From IMG/VR virus record IMGVR_UViG_3300025162_000016, positions 124,001 to 188,000 of that record: 64,000 bases of DNA; one strand, written 5' to 3'. A program made the translations under genes and the position numbers. Numbering within the stretch: position 1 is the first letter of the stretch; the number at the start of each line of letters is the position of its first letter. The notes under the pieces are model-generated. The model did not search any database. It saw nothing but the letters and a program-made list of their open reading frames with translations, and had not been told where the DNA came from. Positions 21,011-31,076 of the stretch are shown here, one piece after another.

Positions 21011-21568
21011 ATGCAAAGCGAACACGTAATTTTTTTAGATATGGACGGTGTGATCACGGATTTTGATACCGGGTTCAAGAAATTATCGGGGGGGTTGACT
21101 GGGGATGAATATAGAGCATTACACGGCAGAACCGAAGAAACTTCTCTTTTTTTATCTCGTGGAAACACATTCTGGGAATCATTGAAGTGGATGCCGGGAG
21201 GAAAAGAATTACTTTCATTTGTTTTTAATCATTTCAAATCAATTCGGATTTTGTCTTCTGCTGGAACTGGTACAGATTGGAATAGATTTAAAAAAGTTCA
21301 AATTGGAAAAATGACCTGGTTGGCTGAGAATGCTCCGTATATTCCTAAAAAACATATAATCATTGTACCTTTTGCAAGCCTCAAGTCTAGGCACTCCGGA
21401 CCCAATCGTATTTTGGTAGATGATAAAGATACGACTATAAAGCAATGGCGCATAAGCGGTGGAGTTGGTATTCTTCATTTTGGTTCGACTTGGCAAAATA
21501 CAATCAATGAGCTTCAGAAATATTCTGTCGGTAATATTAAACTCCGAGAAATCGTTGAATCAATCTAA
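21011..21568 (+). CDS. HAD-superfamily 5'(3')-deoxyribonucleotidase-like phosphatase
   Basis: Motif I IFLDMDGVITDF, motif II ILSS, motif IV ILVDDK, and the W...GGVGILH tail typical of phage NT5C-like proteins. Confidence 0.85.
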   Translation: MQSEHVIFLDMDGVITDFDTGFKKLSGGLTGDEYRALHGRTEETSLFLSRGNTFWESLKWMPGGKELLSFVFNHFKSIRILSSAGTGTDWNRFKKVQIGKMTWLAENAPYIPKKHIIIVPFASLKSRHSGPNRILVDDKDTTIKQWRISGGVGILHFGSTWQNTINELQKYSVGNIKLREIVESI

Positions 21569-21601
21569 TCAATCTGTTTCTGAGTGATATTTATAGACAT
21601 A

Positions 21602-21739
21602 ATGAAAGCCGCCGATTTAAACGCCCTAATAAAAGAATGTGTTCAAGAAGTCATCGATGAAGAGTTTGGTGATGAAGGATGGATGCAAGCCGTTAATATC
21701 GCAGAAAGAGAAAATGAAAATCTCAACGTGAAAGATTAA
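21602..21739 (+). CDS. Small acidic protein (45 aa, MKAADLNALIKECVQEVIDEE...), missing from the ORF track
   Basis: ATG 6 nt after the TATTTATA box at 21588; carries the LIKExVxEV helix shared by several neighbouring proteins. Confidence 0.55.
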   Translation: MKAADLNALIKECVQEVIDEEFGDEGWMQAVNIAERENENLNVKD

Positions 21740-21747
21740 TTTTAAAT

Positions 21748-24700
21748 ATGAGAGATAAATTAACACATGCCATTGATGATATAATCAAAGAAGTTTTACT
21801 TTTAGAAGACCCCGATACGGTCACGGATCAAAGTGGGATGACAATCGTTCGACATGATACTCCCAATCAACCTGCTATTGCGTTTTTTTGTATTAATGAT
21901 GAGTCAATTGGAAAGAAAAAGTTTTTCTTTTATCGAAATGATAATGGGAGCGCAGCTCACAATAAAATTAAACAGGATTCAACTCCTGATTTCCCAGATC
22001 CATGGGCGGGGAGTGATCGGTTTCTTCGTGGTCGAGCATGGACTAAATTAAAAATTCTTTCATTTTATTCGAGTGAACAAGAAATCCAACCTTATTTTAA
22101 AGAGATTGAAGATTTTTTCACAAGCGAGCTTCATTTAAATATTAATGAATTCAACGTTGATTTCGGTGGATCTTCGGAAATCGAAGGTCTTAAACCATGG
22201 CTGGGAAATGGAGTTGTTAAATCTGCTCCAAAACAATTAACTCCTGAACAGGAGCAAACCGTTAAAACTTTAAATAAACAAATTGCAGAATTACAAGCAA
22301 CTCTTCATCTAAAACGGGACGAAGAAAGGGATGAAGTTGAAGATAATATTAGGATTCTTAAAACAAATGTAGCAGATATAACTGGAGAAAAGCCACCGGC
22401 GCAAAGACAATTATCGACATACGAACAGGCTGAATTGAATAAAATAGATCAATCTCTTGAGGATTTGTATTCCAGACTTGCAGCGGGAGTGCCACTGTTT
22501 AAAAGACGCCGATATGAAAGAATTATAAATAAATTACAAAAGCAGAGAAAACTCATTGTTCGTCCATCGAGAAAAGTGTATCGTCCGGAAATTGAAAAAC
22601 AACGTGCAAAAGGAGGTGGCGGTGCATTGGCTAGATATGCTGGAAGTCTTCCGGCACTTCAAGAACAAATTAGACGACTTTTGAAAGAAGACCCCGATAC
22701 AGTTTACGGTACAGACGGAACGGAATTGGCATTTTTTGGAGAAAATAGTCCTGCTATTGCATGGTATTGTATTGAGGATGCTAGCATTGGAAAGAAAAAG
22801 TTTTTCTTTATTCGGAACAATACGGGAGCGGCATATCACTCGGATATTAAACTATACGCAACTCCCGATTTTCCCAATCCATTTAATAGTAATTCAAACG
22901 ATAGATTTCTTCGTGGTCGAGCATGGACAACAAAGATGATATGTTCTTTTTATGCCAGTGAAGATCAGATTCGTCCTTATTTTAAAGAGATTGAGGAATT
23001 TTTTCAAAATGAGTTAAATTTAAATATCAATGATTTTAAAATTGAATTTGGAACTTCAGCTAGAAGAGAAGGGTTAAAACCATGGCCGGGAAGTGTACAA
23101 ACAACAAAATCTCTGATTTTATCTCCGGAAGAACAAGCGAAGGTTGATGAAATAAATAAAAAGATAGCCGAACTTCAGGCGACTCTTCATTTAAAAACGG
23201 GATCGGATAAAAAAGCGGTAGAAGATGAAATTGAGGAACTCGAAAAATCGATTGGAAAAATTAGTAATCGTGAAGCTTCTAAAGCTGCTTATAGAAAAAC
23301 GGGTGCCGAGAAAATTGCTCCTTTTGAAAAAGGAGCCGGTTCATATGCTGGATATAAAGGGAGACTTCCTGCGATTGCGGAAGAAAAAGTTCAGATTTAT
23401 AATAAAACTCTTTGTCCGGACCTCTGGCGGAATGAAAATAAATTAAATCCAGAAGTTAAAACTGCTTTATTGAAAATAGCTTTTGATTTTTATGTCGATA
23501 CCGAGCTTAAATCTAAAGTTCAAGATGTTTGTCTATTAGGGTCCGGTGCTAATTATAATTGGACTTCTCAAAGTGATCTGGATGTTCATATTGTAGTAGA
23601 TAGTGTCACGTTATCTATGCATCCGGAGAATTCAGAAAAATTCTTCCGCTCTCTTTCTGGTAGGTGGAACCTGGAACATGAGGTTAAGGTCAAAGGACAT
23701 AAAGTAGAGCTTTATATTCAAGACGCTCAAGAAAATAATAGTGCTACCGGAGTTTATTCACTGATTCATGATGATTGGGTTAAAAAACCATCTCCGGAAA
23801 ATATTAATGTAGATAAATTACTCATTCAAAAGAAATATTCTACGTGGGTTGAAAAAATTGATAACGCTATTAAACAGGAAGACGAGAAAATGCTCAAACG
23901 GATTTTAGATGGTTTGAGAGAATATCGGCAGGCCGGATTAGATAAACAAGGGGAATTTAGTTCGGAGAATCTTGTTTTCAAAATTCTTCGTTCTCGTGGC
24001 TATCTTGAAAAAATAAAACAATGTTATAATAAAATTTATGATAAAAAGATGACCGTTAAAGATTGTTTTGATCCAACTTCTGCTGGTCCAAATCCAGCCG
24101 CTACCGAAGGACAACCTCAGACCGGCACATTTTATAAAGATTTGAATAGTAAAATGAGAAAAATGGAAGAGGGAAAAAAATATGACGGAAATTCTAGATC
24201 TTGGATGGATTCCAGTGGTAAGTTTCATCCAACGGAAAGACATCTTATAGGAGCTAGAGAATTACTTGGAGAACCGAGTAAACCGTTAAGTCCCGGTGGA
24301 GAAGAAGATGATATTGATTATGATAGAACTGCATCTGCTTTATTTAATAAAGGATTTCTAAGAATAGCGGAGACTCCAAATATAATATATGCTACGGGTA
24401 AAGTGAGTTCTGGTCAATTGAAACTTTTAAAAGATAAAGCAATTGAACGCCATAAAAATTTAATATATAACGGCAAGGAGTTTAATTTTCAAACCGGAGA
24501 TACGGTTAAGATTTATCAAGAGGTAACTCAGCGAGATATAAAATCCACATTACCAAATCGGGCAATCGATTTGACCGATATTCCATTTGACGAGTTAACA
24601 ATGGATAATCTTATGGGTTTAAAAAATAAAATTGAACGTTTTTATAATGAATATATGAAACGTCCAGAACGAACCTCTGAAGAACAAGAAGGGATGCGGA

Positions 24701-25149
24701 TTAAATTAAAGGCATTGTATTTGATTAAGCAAGAGATAAAAGACCGAAGTAAATTTATCAATAAAGGGTTGGAAGAAAGTACAATTGATTGGGTGGCATG
24801 GGATAAAGAAAAAAATGCTAATACAGTTTCCATTCCTATACCGGGAACGAATATGAGAATGGCGGCAAAAATGCGCCCTCCATCTCCCGGTGAAAAAACA
24901 AAATCGAAAATGGTCGGGTTTGGTGGAGACCGTGATCAGGCATATGGTAAATCCAGTGAACCGAGGCATTTTGAAGAAGGTTATGGGGCCGGTAACCCAG
25001 AAGAAGATAGATTAAAAATAATTAATCCGGATGGTTCTACCCGAAGATGGCAAGTTAAAAGTAAAAATGCTTCTAAAACTCCTAAAATTGTTGAAGAAAT
25101 GATAAATAAGATTTTAAAAGAGACTTTTTTAGGTAAGCCAAAGATATAA
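21748..25149 (+). CDS. Multidomain protein: duplicated 170-aa N-terminal domain + Pol-beta-superfamily nucleotidyltransferase + C-terminal domains
   Basis: Repeats 21805-22314 and 22687-23196 (IGKKKFFF, DRFLRGRAW, PYFKEIE, IAELQATLHLK); NTase signature LLGSGANYNWTSQSDLDVH (GS at 23539, DLD at 23575) and VELYIQD. Confidence 0.75.
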   Translation: MRDKLTHAIDDIIKEVLLLEDPDTVTDQSGMTIVRHDTPNQPAIAFFCINDESIGKKKFFFYRNDNGSAAHNKIKQDSTPDFPDPWAGSDRFLRGRAWTKLKILSFYSSEQEIQPYFKEIEDFFTSELHLNINEFNVDFGGSSEIEGLKPWLGNGVVKSAPKQLTPEQEQTVKTLNKQIAELQATLHLKRDEERDEVEDNIRILKTNVADITGEKPPAQRQLSTYEQAELNKIDQSLEDLYSRLAAGVPLFKRRRYERIINKLQKQRKLIVRPSRKVYRPEIEKQRAKGGGGALARYAGSLPALQEQIRRLLKEDPDTVYGTDGTELAFFGENSPAIAWYCIEDASIGKKKFFFIRNNTGAAYHSDIKLYATPDFPNPFNSNSNDRFLRGRAWTTKMICSFYASEDQIRPYFKEIEEFFQNELNLNINDFKIEFGTSARREGLKPWPGSVQTTKSLILSPEEQAKVDEINKKIAELQATLHLKTGSDKKAVEDEIEELEKSIGKISNREASKAAYRKTGAEKIAPFEKGAGSYAGYKGRLPAIAEEKVQIYNKTLCPDLWRNENKLNPEVKTALLKIAFDFYVDTELKSKVQDVCLLGSGANYNWTSQSDLDVHIVVDSVTLSMHPENSEKFFRSLSGRWNLEHEVKVKGHKVELYIQDAQENNSATGVYSLIHDDWVKKPSPENINVDKLLIQKKYSTWVEKIDNAIKQEDEKMLKRILDGLREYRQAGLDKQGEFSSENLVFKILRSRGYLEKIKQCYNKIYDKKMTVKDCFDPTSAGPNPAATEGQPQTGTFYKDLNSKMRKMEEGKKYDGNSRSWMDSSGKFHPTERHLIGARELLGEPSKPLSPGGEEDDIDYDRTASALFNKGFLRIAETPNIIYATGKVSSGQLKLLKDKAIERHKNLIYNGKEFNFQTGDTVKIYQEVTQRDIKSTLPNRAIDLTDIPFDELTMDNLMGLKNKIERFYNEYMKRPERTSEEQEGMRIKLKALYLIKQEIKDRSKFINKGLEESTIDWVAWDKEKNANTVSIPIPGTNMRMAAKMRPPSPGEKTKSKMVGFGGDRDQAYGKSSEPRHFEEGYGAGNPEEDRLKIINPDGSTRRWQVKSKNASKTPKIVEEMINKILKETFLGKPKI

Positions 25150-25150
25150 T

Positions 25151-26695
25151 TCACGGTTGGGTAAAAATCCATTTTGAATGACCGCAATCCCAGATTCTAT
25201 CAAAACCATTATTTTTCATATTTTCCCATTCTGATAAAGAAGCATCGAATAATGGAAGTCTGTTTTTCTGTTTATGTTTTTGAAATTGCATTCGATTCAT
25301 TAAATATTTATAATCTTTAGAGATATAATGATATGATGGCGGTGTATTACTTATAAAATGAAATCCTAGAATAGAATAAAGATTACCATCAAAGTATCTC
25401 CGATCGCTATAAGACACGATAGAAGTAGGATTATAAATTTTTACGAAATGAGAAAATAACTTACTTGCTCCGCCCGATATTATTGTATTTAGTTTGTTAC
25501 AGAACCGTAACATTTCCCATTCGCTGGTTTTATCAAATCTGGAGGATTTGCGAAAGGTCATTAAAGATACTAGTTTTTCATCTGAATATAATCCTAGTTT
25601 TACCGTTGATTTATCCGCTCCTTGTAAATGATTCCCGGTGAGAAACATATCTTTTTCTTTGATTTCCACCGTTTTGATTTCACATTTTCTGGCATGTAAT
25701 TTTCTAAGGTTAATGGGATCGTCTAATTTATTCCTGATAATAGATTTAATAATCTCCGGTTTGTCCCTCCATTCATTCTCAAATATATGAATAAGCGAGA
25801 TTCCATGAGATAAACACCCTTTGGTTTTATTCAAATGATAGCTTTTAATGTGGCCACCCGCATTTTCGGAATGCCAATATAAACCATTAAGTTCAAATGC
25901 GGTATTTTTATCTTTAACTAAAAAATCTAGCTCCTTTCCATATAAAATCGTTCGGTCTCTTCGTTTTATTATTCCAACTGAACAGGCTGTGAGAAAATCA
26001 AAAAATCTGTTTTCTAAAGTAGGTTGCCGAGTTGGATCGCATTTTCCACAAAATAAATTATCGAGATTGTAAACGGTACTGTTGAAGATATATCCACATT
26101 TTTTACAAATAAATTTATAACAAAATGAAAAATGATATCCTTTGTATTCTTCTAAAGAAAACAATGGGGTAAGATTTTCCTTTTCACAAAATTCAAGCAA
26201 ATAAGTATAATGAGCGGTTTTTCTCGCTTGTATTCGAGTTTTCATTATTTTATCCGATTTACATACGTTATCCACCCCATATCTATTTATACAAGTTTTT
26301 TTTGCTTTTTCTCGGTTTGTGTAATTCTCATTTCCATACCGCTCTTTTTTTGTCACTTTTACTTTATTATTATAATCTTTATGCTGCCCATACCATTCTA
26401 CTCCATATTTTTCCATCATCGATTTTTTAAATTTCGTTTTTGTCTCTTCCATCTCCATTGGATGTTTTCCTTCATAATTATTAGCATACGTTGCTAATTG
26501 ACTCTGTCGCATTTTTGCTAATACCGCAGTATCGTGATTGGCACAGGACTTACTACAAAATCTTTGGCGGTTTTTCCGATAGGAGATAGTAAATAGTTTA
26601 TTACAAGTGGGACAGGTCTTATCAATTGTTAATGGATTTATTCTGGGTCTTGACATAATATGCCTTTGGTTCGTATAATGGTAAGTATTATACAA
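25151..26695 (-). CDS. Hef-like free-standing endonuclease paralog (alternative start MSRPRI at 26656)
   Basis: CPTC..FCSKSC, KYGV repeats, ELDFLVKDKNTAFELNGLYWH, NHLQG..LMTF..SYSDRRYF..EWENMKNNGFDRIWDCG; convergent with the NTase gene. Confidence 0.7.
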   Translation of the reverse strand: MYNTYHYTNQRHIMSRPRINPLTIDKTCPTCNKLFTISYRKNRQRFCSKSCANHDTAVLAKMRQSQLATYANNYEGKHPMEMEETKTKFKKSMMEKYGVEWYGQHKDYNNKVKVTKKERYGNENYTNREKAKKTCINRYGVDNVCKSDKIMKTRIQARKTAHYTYLLEFCEKENLTPLFSLEEYKGYHFSFCYKFICKKCGYIFNSTVYNLDNLFCGKCDPTRQPTLENRFFDFLTACSVGIIKRRDRTILYGKELDFLVKDKNTAFELNGLYWHSENAGGHIKSYHLNKTKGCLSHGISLIHIFENEWRDKPEIIKSIIRNKLDDPINLRKLHARKCEIKTVEIKEKDMFLTGNHLQGADKSTVKLGLYSDEKLVSLMTFRKSSRFDKTSEWEMLRFCNKLNTIISGGASKLFSHFVKIYNPTSIVSYSDRRYFDGNLYSILGFHFISNTPPSYHYISKDYKYLMNRMQFQKHKQKNRLPLFDASLSEWENMKNNGFDRIWDCGHSKWIFTQP

Positions 26696-26744
26696 AACAA
26701 TGAGGAAGTCAATATTTTTCCATATTTCGTATATTTATATTTGA

Positions 26745-27091
26745 ATGAGTAAAGTGTCTGAACATATGAAAGCTCTATCCGAAACCAAATATTTAGGAAA
26801 ATCTGTGGATAAGGGTCAGTTAGAATTTTTGGTAAAATGGAATCGATTAGGATTTGAATTTGAACCTAATTATCAGGTTTATACAGAAAAAGATTTGTTC
26901 TATATTGATGGATACGATAAAGAACATAATGTGGTTGTGGAATATGATTCTAAATATCATAACAAAACCCATCAAAAACAAAAAGATTTAATTCGGCAAA
27001 ATAAAATTATAGACATTCTTAGCCGAAAAAATTCTGGCGGTATAACGCCGCAAATAAACAATGTAAGAATGTCTTAGAAAAGGCAGGGTAA
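26745..27091 (+). pseudogene. Small Vsr/DUF559-like endonuclease domain with an apparent single-base frameshift near 27021
   Basis: FYIDGYDKEHNVVVEYDSKYH motif; restoring one base at CTTAGCCG gives ...ILKPKKFWRYNAANKQCKNVLEKAG-stop (TAA 27089-91), ending 4 nt before the tail tube ATG. Confidence 0.55.
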
Positions 27092-27095
27092 CTCT

Positions 27096-27587
27096 ATGGC
27101 AGATTTATTAACTAATAATGAAATATTCTTTACAATGTATGAACCAAAAACACAGAACAGGTTCATCATGTATATTGACGGTATTCCGGCATTTCTTATC
27201 CGAAAAACAGATCGCCCAAAATGGTCTTCTGAAAAAATGACGTTAGATCATATTAACGTTCAACGTTATTACAAAGGAAAGACGAAATGGGAAGAAATTA
27301 CTATTGAAATGTATGATGCTATCGTTCCATCTGCCGCACAATCGGTTTTTGAATGGTTCCGTCTATCGCACGAGTCTGTTACCGGGAGGGACGGATACAT
27401 GGACTTTTATAAAAAAGATGTAATTATTAATGTGGTTGGTCCTGTTGGTGATAAAGTAGAGGAATGGAAACTTGTAGGAGCATTCCCTATTTCATTTGAC
27501 GGCGGTACCCTCGATTGGACCAATGGTGGTGATGCTCTGCTTGCAACCTGCACTTTATCGGTGGATTACGCAATTTTACAATATTGA
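27096..27587 (+). CDS. Tail tube protein (T4 gp19-like)
   Basis: EPKTQNRFIMYI, KTKWEEITIEMYD, FEWFRL, YKKDVII, EEWKLVGAFPISFDGGTLDW, TLSVDYA. Confidence 0.92.
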   Translation: MADLLTNNEIFFTMYEPKTQNRFIMYIDGIPAFLIRKTDRPKWSSEKMTLDHINVQRYYKGKTKWEEITIEMYDAIVPSAAQSVFEWFRLSHESVTGRDGYMDFYKKDVIINVVGPVGDKVEEWKLVGAFPISFDGGTLDWTNGGDALLATCTLSVDYAILQY

Positions 27588-27632
27588 TATATCTATCGTA
27601 TTTTCAGATACTTATAACATCCCTACATCAGC

Positions 27633-27667
27633 AAAAAGATCGGCAAATTTCGCCGGTCTTTTTTTTT
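27633..27667 (+). terminator. Rho-independent terminator after tail tube
   Basis: AAAAAGATCGGC-loop-GCCGGTCTTTTT plus long T run. Confidence 0.8.
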
Positions 27668-27677
27668 CTGAAAATTC

Positions 27678-27706
27678 TTGATACTTTCACGTCAATGGTA
27701 TATAGT
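27678..27706 (+). promoter_or_regulatory. Sigma70-type promoter TTGATA-N17-TATAGT for the endonuclease pair
   Basis: Near-consensus boxes at exact 17-bp spacing upstream of ORF 27712. Confidence 0.65.
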
Positions 27707-27711
27707 TATGT

Positions 27712-28839
27712 TTGAAACCAGAATGTGATATGTTAATTGATTTGGATAAAATAATAAAAGAGAATAAAAGTTGTTATTCTTTTTTCATAAAAAGATATCA
27801 CAGAGAATTATATGATGAAATTTTTAAGTTAGATGGAAGCACTTTTTCGGAGAAGTTGTATTTTTACAAGCATGGAATTAGAGGAGTTTGCAAGGAATGT
27901 AGGAATCAGACACCGTTTATTGGAATAAATGATGGGTATCGAGAATATTGCTCGAATAGATGTGTAAATAAGAATTTAGAAATTAGAGAGCGTATAAAAA
28001 GTGGTTTTATAAAAAAGTATGGAGTTGACAATGTTTCTAAAGATATTTCTATAAAAGAAAAAAAGAAGCAGACGTTTTTTAATAGATATGGAGTTAGCAG
28101 TCCATTTGGGATTAAAGCGGTAAAAGAAAAGCGTATAAGAAATGCAAAAAAATATATTGATTGTCACCGAAGTTCCATTCTGTATCGTTTAAAAGAAGAT
28201 CGGAGAAAAGCATTTATTGATCAGTGTGAGAATGGGGAGCGACTTGGATCTGAAATAGAGGCATTATTTGATATAGATAGTTTTACCAATATAAAAGACA
28301 GAATGTTGAAATTTAGGTGTAAAATATGTAAAAATATTTTCCATCATCATTTACAATGGGGAGTAATACCGATTTGTTGGCGATGTCATCCTAATTCCGG
28401 CTTTCAGGATGAAGTCACGGATTTTTTTCAAAATACGAAATTGATTGTGTTTCCAAATGTTAGAAATGTGATTCGAGGGGAATTAGACGTATACATTCCT
28501 TCGATAAAGTTGGCGGTAGAATGTAATGGTGTATATTGGCATTCGTGTAAAAGAAAGAATCAATATTATCATTTGAATAAAACTATACAATGTGAAGATA
28601 AAAATATAAAATTGATTCATTTGTTTGAAAATGAATGGAATGATGCTACAAAGAATCTATTATCATCGATTTTATCGGATAAATTTAATTTCGATGGAAG
28701 TTTTGAGGTGGATAGAAGGATTTTTAATAAAGTATTTTTTCAGAATAAAAAATATCAATTAGTAGGAGAAAGTATGCCGGAAAAGAAACTATTTGGTGGG
28801 TATGAATGTTGGGATTGTGGAACATTAAGTTTTAAATAA
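27712..28839 (+). CDS. Hef-like endonuclease paralog lacking most of the GNAT-like domain
   Basis: CKEC..YCSNRC, KYGVDNV, ELDVYIPSIKLAVECNGVYWH; C-terminus reduced to GYECWDCG. Confidence 0.65.
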   Translation: MKPECDMLIDLDKIIKENKSCYSFFIKRYHRELYDEIFKLDGSTFSEKLYFYKHGIRGVCKECRNQTPFIGINDGYREYCSNRCVNKNLEIRERIKSGFIKKYGVDNVSKDISIKEKKKQTFFNRYGVSSPFGIKAVKEKRIRNAKKYIDCHRSSILYRLKEDRRKAFIDQCENGERLGSEIEALFDIDSFTNIKDRMLKFRCKICKNIFHHHLQWGVIPICWRCHPNSGFQDEVTDFFQNTKLIVFPNVRNVIRGELDVYIPSIKLAVECNGVYWHSCKRKNQYYHLNKTIQCEDKNIKLIHLFENEWNDATKNLLSSILSDKFNFDGSFEVDRRIFNKVFFQNKKYQLVGESMPEKKLFGGYECWDCGTLSFK

Positions 28840-28841
28840 AT

Positions 28842-30842
28842 ATGAAGACCATTATATTGAATCTTATAAAAAGTAATAAAGATTCATTTGTTCAAATAAT
28901 AAAAGCAAAACATTCGTTATTTTATAATGAAATAAATGAAAAGTTTTCTGGGGGTTCATTTTCAGAAAAAATTTATCAGTGGTTAAATTATGAATCAGGA
29001 GTTAACTGTGGAATTTGTGTGGAATGTAAGTCTTCCACCAAATTCCTTAATATAAAGGATGGGTATAGAAAATATTGTTCTTCTAAATGTGCGAATGTAA
29101 GTACTGCCAGTGTTCGATCTATAAAGATGACTCATGTTGAAAAGGATATTAATATATGGGAACAAAAAAAATGTGAACTATGTAATGAGGATTTTTGGGC
29201 ATATAAAAAGAGGAATGGAAGGTTTTGTTCTAATAAATGTAGTGCTTTGTTTACTGCCAACAATAAAGAACGGCTGGAAAAAATTAAATGTACTAAATTA
29301 AAAGTGTACGGAAATGAGACATATGTTAATCCGGAAAAGGCAAAGCAGACTTGTTTAGAAAAATATGGGGTAGATAATGCTAGTAAGGCTAAAGAAGTAA
29401 TTGTTAAAATTCAACAAGTTAATTTGGAGCGATATGGAAAGAAATGGTCATGGCAATCGGAGTCGGTTAAGGAAAAGATAAAGCAAACAAATCTACTTCG
29501 TTATGGAGTAGAAAATCCTTCTCAATCTTCTCATATTAAAGAGAATAAGATACAATCATATTTAAAACAATATGGAGTTAAAAATCCATTTCAGAATCTG
29601 ACAATTAAAGAAGATATAAAGGCACACTATAAGGAGAAATTTGGAGTTGAATATCCTACTCAGATTGAAGAGGTTCGAAATAAAATAGCAGAAATTGTAA
29701 GAAAAAACAATTATAAATTGCTATGTTCTTCAAAGCGGGTATTAGATAATATAGAAGTATTATTTACGGTTGATGAATATAAAGGATCCTCGTCTGAGTT
29801 TTTATATTCAGTTAAATGTAAAAAATGTGGCAATGTTTTTCAAGATCATTTCGATGGAAATGGACATCCGAGATGTTTAATATGCTATCCTAATATCGCC
29901 GGTTTTTCATATGCCGAAAAAGAAATAGTTTCATATATTCATTCTATTGTTTTGAGAGAAGAGATTATAGAAAAGGATAGAAGTGTTCTTGGTAATAGAG
30001 AATTGGATATTTATATTCCTTCAAAGGCATTGGCTATAGAATATAATGGATTATTCTGGCATTCTGAATCTAATGGTAAAAAATCTAAATTATATCATTT
30101 GGATAAGTTAGAACGATGTCAATCTAAGGGAATTAGATTAATTACAATATTTGAGGATGAATGGGAAAATAACCGGGATATTGTTCAAGTTCGGTTACAA
30201 CATATTCTAAACCTATCCACAAATAAAATATATGCGAGACAGTGTTCGATACAAGTTGTTACATCTAAACTTGCGAATGCTTTTTTAAATAAAAATCATA
30301 TTCAGGGAGGATGCTCTTCATTAGTTAATTTGGGATTGTTTGATGAAAATAGTATATTGGTGGCAATTATGACTTTTGGGAAGCCACGACTTAGTTTGGG
30401 AAGATCGGTGTCTATGCCAGGAGAATATGAATTATTAAGATATGCTACATCAAAAGTGGTTGTTGGAGGAGCATCTAAATTGTTTACACATTTTATTAGA
30501 ATCCACTCCCCTGTAAAAATATTTTCATATTCCGATAAACGTTGGAGCACCGGAAAAATGTATGAAAAACTCGGATTTTTGTTTAAAAAAGAAACTAAAC
30601 CAAATTATTGGTATTTTAAGCCGGGTTATGCTATCCGATATCATCGTTTCGGATTTAGAAAGAATATATTAAATGAAAAATTAGATATATTTGATCCAGA
30701 ATTAACCGAGTGGGAGAATATGCAGTTAAATGGATATGATCGAATCTGGGATTGTGGGAATTCTAAATACGAATGGAATAGTCAACCTTTTTGTGGCAAG
30801 GAATCCCTTCCTTTAGGTAAGGGAGGAATTGCCACGATATAA
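28842..30842 (+). CDS. Hef-like endonuclease paralog (full length, 666 aa)
   Basis: Two Zn-finger blocks, several KYGV(D/E)N repeats, ELDIYIPSKALAIEYNGLFWH, VVGGASKLF..SYSDKRWSTG..EWENMQLNGYDRIWDCG; last ~15 codons overlap an IS-like hairpin. Confidence 0.7.
   Translation: MKTIILNLIKSNKDSFVQIIKAKHSLFYNEINEKFSGGSFSEKIYQWLNYESGVNCGICVECKSSTKFLNIKDGYRKYCSSKCANVSTASVRSIKMTHVEKDINIWEQKKCELCNEDFWAYKKRNGRFCSNKCSALFTANNKERLEKIKCTKLKVYGNETYVNPEKAKQTCLEKYGVDNASKAKEVIVKIQQVNLERYGKKWSWQSESVKEKIKQTNLLRYGVENPSQSSHIKENKIQSYLKQYGVKNPFQNLTIKEDIKAHYKEKFGVEYPTQIEEVRNKIAEIVRKNNYKLLCSSKRVLDNIEVLFTVDEYKGSSSEFLYSVKCKKCGNVFQDHFDGNGHPRCLICYPNIAGFSYAEKEIVSYIHSIVLREEIIEKDRSVLGNRELDIYIPSKALAIEYNGLFWHSESNGKKSKLYHLDKLERCQSKGIRLITIFEDEWENNRDIVQVRLQHILNLSTNKIYARQCSIQVVTSKLANAFLNKNHIQGGCSSLVNLGLFDENSILVAIMTFGKPRLSLGRSVSMPGEYELLRYATSKVVVGGASKLFTHFIRIHSPVKIFSYSDKRWSTGKMYEKLGFLFKKETKPNYWYFKPGYAIRYHRFGFRKNILNEKLDIFDPELTEWENMQLNGYDRIWDCGNSKYEWNSQPFCGKESLPLGKGGIATI
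30801..30833 (+). mobile_element. Orphan IS200/IS605-type right-end-like hairpin overlapping the 3' end of ORF 28842
   Basis: GAATCCCTTCCTTTAGGTAAGGGAGGAATTGCC with CTTTAG core; reverse complement resembles the copy at 31188. Confidence 0.5.
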
Positions 30843-30846
30843 TAAA

Positions 30847-30875
30847 TTGACTTTTTTTGTTTTATACTATATATT
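30847..30875 (+). promoter_or_regulatory. Sigma70-type promoter TTGACT-N17-TATATT with no downstream ORF
   Basis: Exact spacing; the next terminator is ~200 nt downstream and the interval holds only very short reading frames. Confidence 0.6.
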
Positions 30876-30881
30876 TGATAC

Positions 30882-31065
30882 AGTCATAAAAGGCACTCCG
30901 TTTACGGAGACACAGTTATGATGACATTGATTTTTTGTTAGTTTATATAAATTAACGGGGCTGCAATCAATCAGCCTATTGTATGTAAATCTTCTAAGAG
31001 TTTAGAAGTATTATAAACTCCCACCTTCAGGTGGGGTAGTTGATATATAGTTATTATCAGCGGAG
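30882..31065 (+). ncRNA. Candidate orphan TnpB-type omega/reRNA scaffold plus guide
   Basis: Several stems (TCATAA/TTATGA, CTCCG/CGGAG, ATTGATT/AATCAAT, GTTAGTTT/AAATTAAC, CTTCTA/TAGAAG); relic frame NGAAINQPIV resembling TnpB C-terminal tails; IS605-like right end AAACTCCCACCTTCAGGTGGGGTAGTTGAT (31015-31044). Confidence 0.45.
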
Positions 31066-31076
31066 TCTATATACAG

